Shown here piece after piece: positions 14,313-15,180 of a stretch of 15,180 nt of DNA (positions within the stretch are counted from its first letter, which is position 1; every line of letters begins with the position of its first letter). This stretch comes from a virus, in the UHGV virus genome UHGV-0058267. One strand, given 5' to 3'. The position numbers and the translations under genes are program-made. The notes beneath the pieces are model-generated. The model ran no database searches and was not told where the DNA came from. It worked only from the letters and a program-made list of their open reading frames with translations.

Positions 14313-15101
14313 ATGGCTCAGGATTACCACCACGGGGTGCGCGTTGTTGAAGTCAACGAAGGCACCCGATCCATTACCACGGTGAGCACAGCCATCGTGG
14401 GCATGGTCTGCACGGGCGATGATGCCGATGCAAAAATGTTTCCTCTTAATAAACCCGTACTGATCACTGATGTGCTGACTGCCAGCGGTAAAGCGGGTGA
14501 GTCCGGCACGCTGGCCCGTTCGCTGGACGCCATCGCTGACCAGGCAAAACCCGTGACCGTTGTTGTGCGTGTGCCGCAGGGTGAAACGGAAGAAGAAACC
14601 ACGACCAATATCATCGGTGCAGTGACCGCTGAAGGAAAAAAAACAGGCATGAAAGCCCTGTTATCTGCTCAGACACAGCTCGGCGTTAAACCGCGCATTC
14701 TCGGCGTGCCAGGTCATGATAACAAAGCCGTTGCTACTGAGTTGCTGAGTGTGGCGCAAAGCCTGCGTGGGTTTGCCTACCTGTCAGCATATGGCTGCAA
14801 GACGGTACAGGAGGCGATCACTTACCGTGAAAACTTCAGCCAGCGCGAAGGAATGCTGATCTGGCCTGACTTTACTGGCTGGGACACGGTGCTGAATGCC
14901 GAAGCAACGGCATATGCCACCGCCCGTGCGCTTGGTCTGCGCGCCAAAATTGATGAGCAGACCGGGTGGCACAAAAGCCTGTCCAACGTGGGCGTGAACG
15001 GTGTCACCGGAATTTCTGCAGATGTGTTCTGGGATCTGCAGGACCCGGCAACCGATGCGGGACTGCTTAACCAGAACGACGTCACCACGCTTACACGGTG
15101 A
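14313..15101 (+). pseudogene. FI: Tail sheath gene FI, truncated at codon 262 (the C-terminal third is missing)
   Basis: MAQDYHHGVRVVEVNEGTRSITTVSTAIVGMVCT...YATARALGLRAKIDEQTGWHKSLSNVGVNGVTGISADVFWDLQ... is collinear with P2 FI. P2 FI continues ...TTLIRRDGFRFWGN... to about 390 aa (from memory), whereas here it reads TTLTR then TGA. RBS AGGAGG. Confidence 0.7.
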
Positions 15102-15180
15102 AAAGCATCACGGGGGCGTTGCGCCGCTGGGTGGAAGCTAACCCGGAACTGACAGGCACACTGATGAAAGCAGCGGCTGG
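15101..15180 (+). pseudogene. Open frame running out of the window, with no start codon; possibly an internal fragment of the tape-measure gene T
   Basis: The frame from 15101 reads KSITGALRRWVEANPELTGTLMKAAAG with no stop to the window end. A W-x2-x-NPEL-x-hydrophobic/Ala stretch is typical of tape-measure proteins. The assignment rests on pattern memory only. Confidence 0.3.

Overview
This window is part of a P2/186-family prophage from an enterobacterium, read in prophage order, and it looks defective. From left to right it contains the following.

- **Early genes (1-5373):** the 3' end of a 186 CII-like regulator gene, four small early-operon ORFs, a TraR/DksA-type zinc-finger gene, a Dam-type N6-adenine methyltransferase and the replication endonuclease gpA (HUH and YxxxY motifs). 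These are followed by a small ORF and a DinI-family gene behind LexA boxes.
- **AT-rich accessory region around a 186-like cos site (5463-8735):** left of cos, on the minus strand, is a PRTase plus DprA/SLOG-like pair, which matches the ShosTA / DprA-PRTase defence type. Right of cos, on the plus strand, is a translationally coupled pair: a ParA/MinD-family ATPase and a small RelA/SpoT-homologue (toxSAS-like) pyrophosphokinase. I cannot assign this second pair to any named system, and it is my top candidate for an undescribed anti-phage module.
- **Deletion joint (about 9120-9190):** only the 3' third of the portal gene Q remains. It is joined directly to the last ~15 codons of gpV, so the terminase, capsid, lysis and tail-completion genes are missing.
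- **Tail genes (9183-12774):** W, J, I and the tail-fibre gene H follow.
- **Invertible segment (12068-13548):** the 3' end of H lies inside a ~1.5 kb segment bounded by 26-bp hix/gix/cix-type sites, with a Hin/Gin/Cin/Pin-family serine invertase next to it. Inversion would switch H between a glycine-rich C-terminus and a gp53-like C-terminus.
- **Right end (14219-15180):** an Ogr-type late promoter precedes a tail-sheath FI gene that stops about one third early. The sequence after the stop looks like an internal tape-measure fragment.

I saw no rRNA, tRNA or CRISPR array. All homology statements come from motif reading and memory; no searches were run.
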